Assembly (NCBI GenBank): GCA_963540065.1
Contig: CAUTNK010000006.1
Coordinates: 50,766 to 114,765, forward strand
Length of the DNA stretch: 64,000 bases
Reading direction: 5' to 3'
Source of the DNA: an uncultured Bacteroidia bacterium
GTDB lineage: Bacteria > Bacteroidota > Bacteroidia > Bacteroidales > CAJPTX01
This document shows positions 20,150-29,224 of the stretch, one piece after another. Below the pieces are notes generated by a model, which saw nothing but the letters and a program-made list of their open reading frames with translations, was not told the origin of the DNA and ran no database searches. The first letter of the stretch is position 1; the number at the start of each line of letters is the position of its first letter. Position numbers and translations under genes: made by a program.

Positions 20150-20291
20150 ATGTTTTCCCCCCCGGTAACGCCGGGGAAAAATAGAGCAAATTGCACAAAA
20201 CAATTCGTACCCGCCGAGAAATATTAATCGCTCGCAACGCTTGCCGATCGCCTAAAAAGACGTCTAGAAAACTTGTTCCTAAAAATAAGAC

Positions 20292-20299
20292 TACCTTTG
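20292..20299 (+). promoter_or_regulatory. Candidate -7 box TACCTTTG
   Basis: Perfect TAnnTTTG 33 nt upstream of the ATG at 20332. Confidence 0.45.
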
Positions 20300-20331
20300 T
20301 TCGTTGTAATCGAGGATAAGGGTTCGGGCGT

Positions 20332-20985
20332 ATGGGGATTCATAAAGAGGGACTGCCTCTTGTCGTTATACTTGCAATTTTTCAAGCTCTAGGCTTGTTT
20401 TTAATCTTTTTGTGGGCGCCTATCCTAGTATTTTGGATAGTTTTTGCCCTCTTTTTAGGTCTGCTTCTTTTTGTAGCTCATTTTTTCCGGAAAGCAAAAC
20501 GACAGTCGCCCGCAAAAGAGAATACGGTTTATAGCCCTGCGGACGGGCGAGTCGTTGCCATTGAGCAAGTCTTCGAGCCAGAAGTACTAAATGCCGAAGT
20601 GCGTGTTATTTCGGTATTTATGTCGGTGTGGAACGTACACGCAAATTTTTTCCCTATAAGCGGCAATGTGGAATACATGCGTTACCATAAAGGGAAATTC
20701 TTGGTGGCGTGGCTCCCTAAATCATCTACAGAAAATGAGCGCACCTCGCTCGTTGTTCGTACTGAGGGCGGAGTTCGTATCTTGTTCCGGCAAATTGCAG
20801 GTGCTGTAGCACGCCGTATCTGTTGCTATGCCAAAGAGAATGACACGGCAAAGGTCGGAACCGAGTTCGGATTTATAAAATTCGGCTCGCGAGTGGATAT
20901 ATTTATTCCGTTGGATGCACAGGTGCACGTACAGTTGGGCGACAAAGTCAAGGCTTGTTTGACGCCTTTAGCAGAGATCCGATAA
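20332..20985 (+). CDS. psd: Phosphatidylserine decarboxylase (short form proenzyme)
   Basis: 217 aa with N-terminal TM helices. The motif FIKFGSRVDIF contains the G-S self-cleavage site. Confidence 0.9.
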   Translation: MGIHKEGLPLVVILAIFQALGLFLIFLWAPILVFWIVFALFLGLLLFVAHFFRKAKRQSPAKENTVYSPADGRVVAIEQVFEPEVLNAEVRVISVFMSVWNVHANFFPISGNVEYMRYHKGKFLVAWLPKSSTENERTSLVVRTEGGVRILFRQIAGAVARRICCYAKENDTAKVGTEFGFIKFGSRVDIFIPLDAQVHVQLGDKVKACLTPLAEIR

Positions 20986-21007
20986 AAACTATATACGGTT
21001 AGAGTAA

Positions 21008-22555
21008 ATGAAGATAACAGCTGAAAATAATCCAGAGCTGCCTAATGTCTTAACCCTACACTTGGAGTTTGAACCAGAAGATTATACTCCAGACTATAAA
21101 AAAGAGATCGTACAACTCGCTAAGGGGATCAACCTGCCCGGTTTCCGCAAAGGGCACGTGCCTACGGGGCTTATCGAAAAGAAGTATGGCGACGATCTCT
21201 TGCGCGATGTGATACAAAAAAAGAGCGAAACCTCCATAAACGAATACATCGAGCAGGAAAAGCTCATGCCCCTGAGTAGATTACTCCCCAGCCAAAAACA
21301 GGAGAGCTACAGCTTCAAGAAGGATGAAAAGGTGGAACTCTTTCTGGATCTCCTAATAGCACCAGAGTTGCAGTTCCCCGAAAACCCTAAAGTAGAAGTA
21401 CTCAAACCTATTTTTAATGACGAGTATTGGCAGTTGTACGACCGGAAATTGTTCCGCCAATACAATCTGGAGGATAAAAAAGAGCAGGTTGAAGAATCTA
21501 CGACAATAAAGATTGTCTGTACAAAAAAGAAAGAAGCGCCGAAAACCGATGCAGAACAGCCTACCGAGCAAGATCTGTGGGTGAGGTGCGCCGATTTTTA
21601 TGCTGACTGGGACGAATTCTCGCCCGAATTGCAAGCTCTACTTCGTGGGAAAAAGAAAGATGAGGAGTTCCTCTGCCCGAAAGAGTTAACGAGTACCCTG
21701 ACTCCATTCTTTTTCAATGCCGAAATTTGGCAAATGAATACAGAGGATACTTTCAACAATGCAGAAATAAAACTCAAAGTAGAAGATATCTTTTCGTATA
21801 CCGATCAGGAGCCAACCTTGGAGTTGTTGCGCGCGATGTTGCCCGAACAGACCGAACTCCACGACAACATCGACAAGATGCTGGGCTACTTCCACGATCT
21901 GCAACGCGAAAAGATGGAACTCGCCGGAAAGTACGCTGCTCTGATCCCGATTCTGAAACAAGTCGCTGCAGAGTGGGAGTGCGAGATCCCGCTAAAAATA
22001 GTCGAGACGATGTTTATGGTCGAAGGCGTTCCGCGCGAGCAGCTTTACCATTCTTTCGCTTTTCTTACACGAAGCAGACACCTCCGCGAACTAGCCTTCT
22101 ATACGCGCTTGTCTAAACAGTTCGTCGTAAAAGAAGAACACAAGGAAAAGGATTATTTCACGCGAGCCCTAGTGGCGATGGATCTGGTAAATTCCAATCA
22201 GCAGCATGCCTCCCTCATACGCATCTTTAACGATTTGCAGCAGTGGTCGCTCTTACGGAAGCACATGCAGCAGGATGAGCAACTCAACGACGAGTTTATG
22301 TTTAAGTTAGAGCGTTTACATATGCTGGAAGCATGGTCGGAAAAGCTCACCGATCTCTCGTACCGCGACATAAAAGTGCAGGATATGAATGTTACTCTCT
22401 TGCTAAAAGAACTGCAGCACGGGGCGCTCCCGTTTAAGAAAACCAAGAAAGAAGAGGAAGAGTTCCTATCGATGCTCACCTCCAGTATGTCGAATAACAT
22501 GAAGGAGTCGTTGCCAGCCGAGGATGGCAAAACAGAGGCGCAGCCACAAGAATAG
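21008..22555 (+). CDS. tig: Trigger factor
   Basis: 515 aa. The N-terminal ribosome-binding domain carries the GFRKGHVP signature. The gene lies upstream of clpP, as in the conserved tig-clpP arrangement. The middle region is divergent and Lys/Glu-rich. Confidence 0.85.
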   Translation: MKITAENNPELPNVLTLHLEFEPEDYTPDYKKEIVQLAKGINLPGFRKGHVPTGLIEKKYGDDLLRDVIQKKSETSINEYIEQEKLMPLSRLLPSQKQESYSFKKDEKVELFLDLLIAPELQFPENPKVEVLKPIFNDEYWQLYDRKLFRQYNLEDKKEQVEESTTIKIVCTKKKEAPKTDAEQPTEQDLWVRCADFYADWDEFSPELQALLRGKKKDEEFLCPKELTSTLTPFFFNAEIWQMNTEDTFNNAEIKLKVEDIFSYTDQEPTLELLRAMLPEQTELHDNIDKMLGYFHDLQREKMELAGKYAALIPILKQVAAEWECEIPLKIVETMFMVEGVPREQLYHSFAFLTRSRHLRELAFYTRLSKQFVVKEEHKEKDYFTRALVAMDLVNSNQQHASLIRIFNDLQQWSLLRKHMQQDEQLNDEFMFKLERLHMLEAWSEKLTDLSYRDIKVQDMNVTLLLKELQHGALPFKKTKKEEEEFLSMLTSSMSNNMKESLPAEDGKTEAQPQE

Positions 22556-22648
22556 TTCAAGGCACTATGCCGACGGGAGCCGACATTTGCGGCAAAAAGG
22601 CTCCTGCCAACGACTTAACAAATACTGTAAGCTAAAGTAAGCGACTAG

Positions 22649-23338
22649 ATGCACGAGGAAGATTGTAAGCGCGAGTTTCAGAAATTTGCGCGTAGTACAG
22701 TTGGTGTAAGTAGCAATACCATAGATCGCTACGCACAACATACAGCAAGCTACATCAATCCGCAGGTGGTTATCGAGCGGCAAATGAACGTGCAGGTTAT
22801 GGACGTTTTTTCTCGCCTTCTGATGGATCGGATTATTTTCCTAGGTGTCCCGATCGACGACGATGTCGCGAATATTATACAAGCGCAACTCCTGTTTTTA
22901 GAATCTATGGCAGGGGAGGGGACTCGCGATATCAATATGTATATCAACTCGCCGGGTGGGATCCTGCATGGTGGGCTGGGCATTTACGATACCATGCAAT
23001 ACCTATCCTCGGACATTGCGACGATTTGTACGGGGATGGCGGCTTCCATGGCTGCAGTGCTCCTTGCGGCAGGTACGAAGGGAAAGCGGTCGGCTCTCCC
23101 TCACGCGCGTGTGATGATTCATCAACCCCTCGGTGGTGTTCGTGGACAAGCTTCCGATATTGAAATCGAAGCCCGTGAAATAAAATTGGCGCGTGCTGAA
23201 CTCAACAAAATCCTAGCAGAACATACCTCGCAGGACATAGAAAAAATCCATCAGGATACCGATCGCGACTACTGGATGTCGGCACAAGAAGCTGTAGACT
23301 ACGGTATGATCGATCGCGTGATGAAGAAAAGAGAGTAG
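22649..23338 (+). CDS. clpP: ATP-dependent Clp protease proteolytic subunit
   Basis: 229 aa. Motifs [29 protein letters not shown] and MIHQPLGG supply the catalytic Ser and His context. Confidence 0.95.
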   Translation: MHEEDCKREFQKFARSTVGVSSNTIDRYAQHTASYINPQVVIERQMNVQVMDVFSRLLMDRIIFLGVPIDDDVANIIQAQLLFLESMAGEGTRDINMYINSPGGILHGGLGIYDTMQYLSSDIATICTGMAASMAAVLLAAGTKGKRSALPHARVMIHQPLGGVRGQASDIEIEAREIKLARAELNKILAEHTSQDIEKIHQDTDRDYWMSAQEAVDYGMIDRVMKKRE

Positions 23339-23390
23339 TGAAACATAAAATCAATATACTTAGTTCTAACTTGTAGAATCGATCAATAGC

Positions 23391-23960
23391 ATGGCTACTA
23401 CTGCTGATTTCAGAACCGGGATGTGTATCGAGTTTAATGGTAAACTCTACGTCGTGACCTATTTTCAACACGTAAAGCCCGGGAAAGGTGGCGCTTTCGT
23501 ACGGACAAAATTGAAAAACCTAGAAACGGGGCGTACCCTCGAAAATACTTTTAATGCTGGGGTTAAGATAAATCCTATCCGTGTTGAGACACGCCCCTAT
23601 CAGTACCTATACAAGGACGACCTCGGTTTCCATTTCATGCATAGCGAGACCTTTGAAGAGATTTACCTAGATCCCGCCCTCATCGAAAATAGCGACCTAT
23701 TGAAGGATGGGCAAGTTGTACAAATGCTCGTTCATGCCGACGAAGAGCGTATCCTGACCTGCGAACTCCCGCCATTTGTAGAGTTAGAAGTAACCTACAC
23801 AGAGCCCGGAGTACGTGGCGATACAGCATCTTCTACAGCATTAAAGCAAGCGGAGTTGGAAACCGGAGCTATTGTCAACGTACCACTTTTCATTGTATCG
23901 GGCGAAAAGATTCGAGTGGATACCCGCACCCGCGAGTATTCCGAACGTGTTAAGGTCTGA
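23391..23960 (+). CDS. efp: Elongation factor P
   Basis: 189 aa. The motif [17 protein letters not shown] and three OB-like domains. Confidence 0.97.
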   Translation: MATTADFRTGMCIEFNGKLYVVTYFQHVKPGKGGAFVRTKLKNLETGRTLENTFNAGVKINPIRVETRPYQYLYKDDLGFHFMHSETFEEIYLDPALIENSDLLKDGQVVQMLVHADEERILTCELPPFVELEVTYTEPGVRGDTASSTALKQAELETGAIVNVPLFIVSGEKIRVDTRTREYSERVKV

Positions 23961-24066
23961 TAGAGTCTCGCGTATACTGCATTTTTAGACGACGGCACCA
24001 ATGGTGATGCCGATGCTTACGTTGTCTCCTTTGTCGCTTTTACGACACAACGATTACTTGTAGCGG

Positions 24067-25338
24067 ATGACTGTCTTGGTTGGGCGTGCGCGTTCTAGTT
24101 CGCAGGACGAGCGTCTGAAGCTAAATCTACTGAAGTTAAAGGCGCTCTTGGACTATACCTCGGAGTTCGGTTTCGATAACTCCGCCGAGGGATTGCTGCG
24201 CCGCTTTAAGAAGATCTTGGAAGAGGATCTCGATATCAATCGCATCCTATACTACTTTCGGGTTGAAGATCAGTGGCGGCTCCTCCTCAACGTGAATTGT
24301 AGCGAGGAAGATGTGTCGGTGATCGATGCAGAACAGATCTTAGCAGCATATACTAGGACTACGATCGTAAGTAGCACCACTACCGTAGGGTTGCGCGAAA
24401 TAGATCTGATCATCCCCGTTTTACAGGGCACGGAGCCGCAAGCTTATGTTTTGTTGGGCGATACTAACGATAGGGTAAGAGGCGTTAGCCCCATCATTAT
24501 GCATTTGATGTTTGCGCAGACCCTTACCTATCTCTCCTACATAGGATTGCGAAATTTGTATGCTATCGAACGACAGAAGCTCGAAACGGAGATTAAAAGT
24601 CAGCTCGCACTAGCTGCCAACCTGCAACGCTCTTTTATCATATCTTCCGACCGACTCCCTAAAATGAAGGGCGTGAAGATTGCGACTTGGTACCAACCGT
24701 TCTATGAAGTGGGGGGCGACTATTTCGATTTTATCGATCTTAACGGCGAAGAGTTGATGTTTTGCGTCTCCGACGTCTCAGGGAAAGGAATCCCAGCCTC
24801 GTTGCTGACAGCAAATTATCAGGCGCATTTTAAGGCACAAAGCGCTGCTGGGGTGCCGCTAGAGGTTATCGTAAGCAAGCTGAACAGACTGGTTTTTGCT
24901 GTTGCGCAGGAGTCAAGTTCCTACATTACATCGTTTATTGGGCGTTACAATACTCGCACACACCTTTTGGAATACGTTAATCTGGGTCACAATGCCCCCT
25001 ACCTCTACGATATGCAGACCGGGCAGGCGCGGCAATTACATTCCGATACCGTGGCGCTGGCTATGCTGGAAGAACTACCCGAAATAAACGTATCGAAAAT
25101 GCTAATACAAGATTCGACCATGCTCCTATGCTATACCGACGGGGTTACTGAGTGGCGAATTAACGGGCGGGAGGTAACAGGATCCGGATTCCTGATAGGT
25201 CTTTTGCATCGATATAAGGATCCCCGTTCGTTGGTTGCTGCTATTTCGTCTAGGATGGAGCATGACGAGTATCTGGGGCTGCGTGAGACTTTTGACGATA
25301 TATCGATTGTTGCTCTAAAATTCTCTCCTACCGAGTAG
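24067..25338 (+). CDS. PP2C-family (SpoIIE/RsbU-type) Ser/Thr phosphatase with an N-terminal sensor-like region
   Basis: 423 aa. C-terminal SpoIIE domain motifs are YEVGGDYFDF, FCVSDVSGKGIPASLL, LGHNAPYLY and CYTDGVTE. The N-terminal ~180 aa is GAF-like. Confidence 0.85.
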   Translation: MTVLVGRARSSSQDERLKLNLLKLKALLDYTSEFGFDNSAEGLLRRFKKILEEDLDINRILYYFRVEDQWRLLLNVNCSEEDVSVIDAEQILAAYTRTTIVSSTTTVGLREIDLIIPVLQGTEPQAYVLLGDTNDRVRGVSPIIMHLMFAQTLTYLSYIGLRNLYAIERQKLETEIKSQLALAANLQRSFIISSDRLPKMKGVKIATWYQPFYEVGGDYFDFIDLNGEELMFCVSDVSGKGIPASLLTANYQAHFKAQSAAGVPLEVIVSKLNRLVFAVAQESSSYITSFIGRYNTRTHLLEYVNLGHNAPYLYDMQTGQARQLHSDTVALAMLEELPEINVSKMLIQDSTMLLCYTDGVTEWRINGREVTGSGFLIGLLHRYKDPRSLVAAISSRMEHDEYLGLRETFDDISIVALKFSPTE

Positions 25339-25339
25339 T

Positions 25340-25831
25340 ATGCCGGATCTCCCCACAACGACGCCAAAGGAAATCCCAGAAGCTATCCGGCGTTTTATAG
25401 ACGAGCATCATGTCCTTACGCTCTCAACCTCGGTAAACGAGGAGGCGTGGTGTGCGCATTGTTTTTATGTGTTTTTGCCGCAGTATAGCTGTTTTATATT
25501 TGCTTCCGATTCTGCTACAAAACATATGCAACAGATTTGTCACAACTCATTTGTTGCAGCGAGTATTGTGCTGGAGAGCGAGACTGTTGGGGTTTTGCGC
25601 GGATTGCAAATACAAGGCTCTGTATTTCAGTTATTAAGCTCGATAGAAAAGGAAGCGCAACGTGCCTATATCAAACGTTTCCCGCTGGCCAGATTAATGG
25701 ATCTACACCTGTGGCAGTTGGACGTTACTTACTTTAAATTTACGGATAATAGGCTCGGTTTCGGAAAAAAAATCGTCTGGCAACGTGAAGCAGAATTTTT
25801 CGAAAAGTGGGAGCGATTGCAAGATAGGTAG
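25340..25831 (+). CDS. Pyridoxamine 5'-phosphate oxidase-like (YhbP-type) FMN-binding protein
   Basis: 163 aa. The pattern HHVLTLSTSVNEEAWCAHCFYVF resembles UPF0306/YhbP split-barrel proteins. The start lies 2 nt after the preceding stop. Confidence 0.55.
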   Translation: MPDLPTTTPKEIPEAIRRFIDEHHVLTLSTSVNEEAWCAHCFYVFLPQYSCFIFASDSATKHMQQICHNSFVAASIVLESETVGVLRGLQIQGSVFQLLSSIEKEAQRAYIKRFPLARLMDLHLWQLDVTYFKFTDNRLGFGKKIVWQREAEFFEKWERLQDR

Positions 25832-25878
25832 CGTTAGGAGCCTTGCGAAATTAGCGAAGCCTTCGAGGGTGTGTCAAT

Positions 25879-28611
25879 ATGAAAACAGGGCACTCTTCGT
25901 ATTCTAATTTTTCGATGCCCTACCTTTCGCCTCTTGCGCAAGAACTCCAAACGGGAGTTATGACGGGAAACAGCGCCGATCAACCACCCCCCATCTCTTC
26001 CCTCAAGCAACTAGCGCTCCTGATGGCGGGCAAAGCGCAACTGTTGGCACGCTCGATTAGTGCAGTTCTTGAGGACGAACAGAGTAAAACCGCTCAAAGC
26101 CTCTTGCAACAAATCTCGCGTATGAAGACGGTGTTGCGAAGAGATATATCGCACACCGAGTTCGCCGATTGGTACGCCCAAACCCTCATCTACGGCTTGT
26201 TTGCAGCGCGCTATCATGCACCTGATATACAAGAGTTTACCAGAGAAACCGCGGCAAAACAGATCCCTCGCAGCAACCCTTTTCTGCGCAAACTCTTTCA
26301 TTATTTGGGTGCTTTGGATTTGGATGAACGCCTCCTTTGGATTGTTAACGATTTGGTTGCAATCTTTGCTTTAACCCCTATTACAGAGCTTTTTACGGAC
26401 TCGTTGCGGTTGCATAAAGACCCCGTCATGCTCTTCTACGAGGACTTCCTAACAGCCTACAATCCGGTGCGGCGCAAGGCTCGCGGGGTTTATTACACGC
26501 CCGCTCCGGTGGTCGAGTTTATGGTGCGTGCCGTGGACGAGATCCTGATCCGCGATTTCGGCATGCGCGAGGGATTAGCCGACTGTAGTTTTTTGCCCGA
26601 TAAAAGCCACGTACACCGCCTTCAGATACTGGATCCTGCTACGAGTACCGGAACGTTTTTGGTGGAAGTTGTGCGGGCAATACATCGCAAGTTTGAAGGT
26701 CGTCAGGGCGTTTGGAACGACTACGTTAGAGAGCACTTGTTGCCTCGCCTCCACGGCTACGAAATCCTGATGGCACCTTACGCGATGGCGCATCTCAACC
26801 TAGATCACGTTCTTCACGCGACGGGGGCAACGGAACTTGGCAATGCACGCTATGGAATCTATCTGACGAACACTCTCGAGGCGCAGCACCCTGAGTCCAA
26901 CGGCTTGTTTCCGATTGATACCGAGGCGAATGCAGTCAATGCTCTTAAGTGCGATCGCCACGTAATGGTGATGATCGGCAACCCTCCGTACAACGTCAGC
27001 TCGTGCAACAAAAATCAATGGATCGAGGCGCTGATGCAGAGCTACAAAGCGGGTTTGAACGAGAAGAACATCATGGCGCTGTCGGACGACTACATAAAGT
27101 TTATTCGTTATGCGCAGTATCAGATCGAACGTACGGGGGAGGGCGTCGTTGCATTCATCACGAACAATAGCTTTTTGGACGGGGTCATCCATCGCCAAAT
27201 GCGTAAAGAGCTTTTGCGCGTGTTTGATATTATTTACATAGTTAATCTTCACGGTAACAGTCGGTTAAAGGAGAAGACTCCGGAGGGTGGCAAAGATGAA
27301 AATGTGTTTGATATTCAGGCTGGTGTGAGTATTGTTATTTTAGTTAGGAATCAGGATTCTGGGGCGTCACAAACACCGCAAATTCTTTACAGTGAGGTCT
27401 TTGGCGATCATGCGATAAAGAGAAATTATCTCGAAGTATTGCGTATAGCGCGTGATAGTTGGAAACGCTTAACTCCGGTTGCGCCGTATTATTTCTTTGT
27501 GGAAAAGGATTTTGCACTACAGCAGGAGTACGATAACTTCTTTTCGCTGAGCGAGTTATTCGAAACGTATGCTGTGGGAGTGAAAACGCATCGCGACTCG
27601 CTTGTAGTGCATTATACTCGCGGGGAGTGTCAAAAATTGCGCGATGACTTCTTAACACTACCGGGAAGTTCGCTTTGTGCTATTTATACAATACCGCCCG
27701 ATGTTCGCGATTGGACGTTGTCTCGTGCTCTAGCGGATGTAGCGGCTGCTGAGCAAGCGCACGAAGGGCAGATAATTCGGTATAGTTTCCGCCCGTACGA
27801 CTGTCGGCATCTTTATTACACCGGGAAAACGAGGGGCGTGGTATCCTATCCCCGATTTCATCTTTTGGGCGCCTTACTATGCCACGAGAATTATGCTTTG
27901 TGTACGACACGTATTATGCGGGAGAACGATTTTCAGCATAATTTTTTAACGCGAGGGCTGCCCGACAAGGCATATATTTCGGACACGACGTTTACTTTTC
28001 CGCTTTACAAATTCCGCGAAGGTTGGGATTATACTCCGGCAGAAATTGTAGCTGGAGTGACAAAGGAAGGAAAACTGATAGAACTGGAGCTCAACATGCG
28101 CTCAGAAATTCTAGCTAAAATAAGCAAAACAATAGGCGAACCTGTAAAAGGCGAGGACGTGTTTGATTACATCTACGGCGTGCTGCATGATGAGGAGTAC
28201 CGCACGAAATACTTTGAGTTTCTGAAAATAGAATATCCACGCATCCCCTACCCAAAGGATAAAGCAGATTATCAGCGCTTTGTGAGTATAGGAGGATACC
28301 TCCGTCGTTTGCATCTGATGGACGAAAGCTTGGACATCCCGCACACCACAACCTTCGATGTGGCAGGCACCAACCTTGTAGAATGCGTTCGTTATGACGA
28401 AGCAACGAGACGCGTCTGGATCAACGACACGCAGTATTTCGGAGCAGTACCTCTTGCAGTTTGGAATCACTGGGTGGGCTCGTATCAGCCGGCAAGGTTG
28501 TGGTTGCAGAAACGAATCGGTCGCACGCTCAACTACGAAGAGGTCTGCTGGTACCAACGCGTAGTGGATACCATTGCCGAAGAGCTGCGGTTTAGAGCAA
28601 CAAAAGGTTAA
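25879..28611 (+). CDS. N6-adenine DNA methyltransferase with a Type ISP-like C-terminal specificity domain. No nuclease or helicase domain is present.
   Basis: 910 aa. It carries FADWYAQTLIYGLFAARY (a PglX/MmeI/Type ISP-type N-terminal helical motif), LDPATSTGTF (SAM motif I), IGNPPYNV (motif IV), and a C-terminus typical of Type_ISP_C (IYGVLHDEEYRTKYFEFLKIEYPRIPYP ... VWNHWVGSYQPARLWLQKR). Confidence 0.85.
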   Translation: MKTGHSSYSNFSMPYLSPLAQELQTGVMTGNSADQPPPISSLKQLALLMAGKAQLLARSISAVLEDEQSKTAQSLLQQISRMKTVLRRDISHTEFADWYAQTLIYGLFAARYHAPDIQEFTRETAAKQIPRSNPFLRKLFHYLGALDLDERLLWIVNDLVAIFALTPITELFTDSLRLHKDPVMLFYEDFLTAYNPVRRKARGVYYTPAPVVEFMVRAVDEILIRDFGMREGLADCSFLPDKSHVHRLQILDPATSTGTFLVEVVRAIHRKFEGRQGVWNDYVREHLLPRLHGYEILMAPYAMAHLNLDHVLHATGATELGNARYGIYLTNTLEAQHPESNGLFPIDTEANAVNALKCDRHVMVMIGNPPYNVSSCNKNQWIEALMQSYKAGLNEKNIMALSDDYIKFIRYAQYQIERTGEGVVAFITNNSFLDGVIHRQMRKELLRVFDIIYIVNLHGNSRLKEKTPEGGKDENVFDIQAGVSIVILVRNQDSGASQTPQILYSEVFGDHAIKRNYLEVLRIARDSWKRLTPVAPYYFFVEKDFALQQEYDNFFSLSELFETYAVGVKTHRDSLVVHYTRGECQKLRDDFLTLPGSSLCAIYTIPPDVRDWTLSRALADVAAAEQAHEGQIIRYSFRPYDCRHLYYTGKTRGVVSYPRFHLLGALLCHENYALCTTRIMRENDFQHNFLTRGLPDKAYISDTTFTFPLYKFREGWDYTPAEIVAGVTKEGKLIELELNMRSEILAKISKTIGEPVKGEDVFDYIYGVLHDEEYRTKYFEFLKIEYPRIPYPKDKADYQRFVSIGGYLRRLHLMDESLDIPHTTTFDVAGTNLVECVRYDEATRRVWINDTQYFGAVPLAVWNHWVGSYQPARLWLQKRIGRTLNYEEVCWYQRVVDTIAEELRFRATKG

Positions 28612-28615
28612 CTCG

Positions 28616-28623
28616 TAACTTTG
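28616..28623 (+). promoter_or_regulatory. Candidate -7 box TAACTTTG
   Basis: Perfect TAnnTTTG 16 nt upstream of the ATG at 28639. Confidence 0.45.
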
Positions 28624-28638
28624 TAGAAAATTTTCGCA

Positions 28639-29217
28639 ATGGAGACCAGTTTTTTCGCACACGAGTCGGCTATTATCGACGACGGAGCAGTAATCGGTGC
28701 GGGGACTCGTATCTGGCATTTTTCTCATATCATGGGCGGAGTGCAGATCGGGCAAGAGTGTTCCATTGGGCAAAATGTGTTTATAGCCTCGGGGGTTACT
28801 TTAGGCGATCGCACAAAGGTTCAGAACAATGTGTCTATCTACACGGGGGTTACTACGGAGGCGGATGTCTTTCTGGGTCCTTCCTGCGTATTTACGAATG
28901 TTTGGAACCCCAGAGCGCACATACAACGAAAAGATGAATTCCGTGCCACACATTTAGGACGAGGCGTAACCATAGGTGCCAACGCAACCATAGTTTGTGG
29001 GCATACCATTGGCGAGTATGCTTTCGTGGGCGCAGGCGCTGTGGTTACAAAGGATATCCGTCCGTACGAACTGCTGGTGGGGAATCCGGCGCGTGTGGTA
29101 GGCTGGATGAGTAGATCCGGCGCTCGCTTGCAGTTCAAGCATCAGGAAGCTATTTGTCCGTTGAGTGGCGAGGTGTACCTAGTGGCGGATGGAATCGTAT
29201 TTTTGAAAGAGAATTAG
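28639..29217 (+). CDS. Left-handed beta-helix sugar N-acetyltransferase (WbpD/WlbB-like)
   Basis: 192 aa. Hexapeptide repeats throughout, with the motif VGNPARVVGWMS typical of UDP-2-acetamido-3-amino-2,3-dideoxy-glucuronate N-acetyltransferases. Confidence 0.8.
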   Translation: METSFFAHESAIIDDGAVIGAGTRIWHFSHIMGGVQIGQECSIGQNVFIASGVTLGDRTKVQNNVSIYTGVTTEADVFLGPSCVFTNVWNPRAHIQRKDEFRATHLGRGVTIGANATIVCGHTIGEYAFVGAGAVVTKDIRPYELLVGNPARVVGWMSRSGARLQFKHQEAICPLSGEVYLVADGIVFLKEN

Positions 29218-29224
29218 CAATAAT

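Noticed and set aside
21008-22555. Trigger factor apparently lacking a canonical FKBP PPIase domain and unusually long (515 aa)
   Set aside because: The middle region is too divergent for me to judge without an alignment. Bacteroidota trigger factors are known to be divergent there, so this is not reported as a finding.
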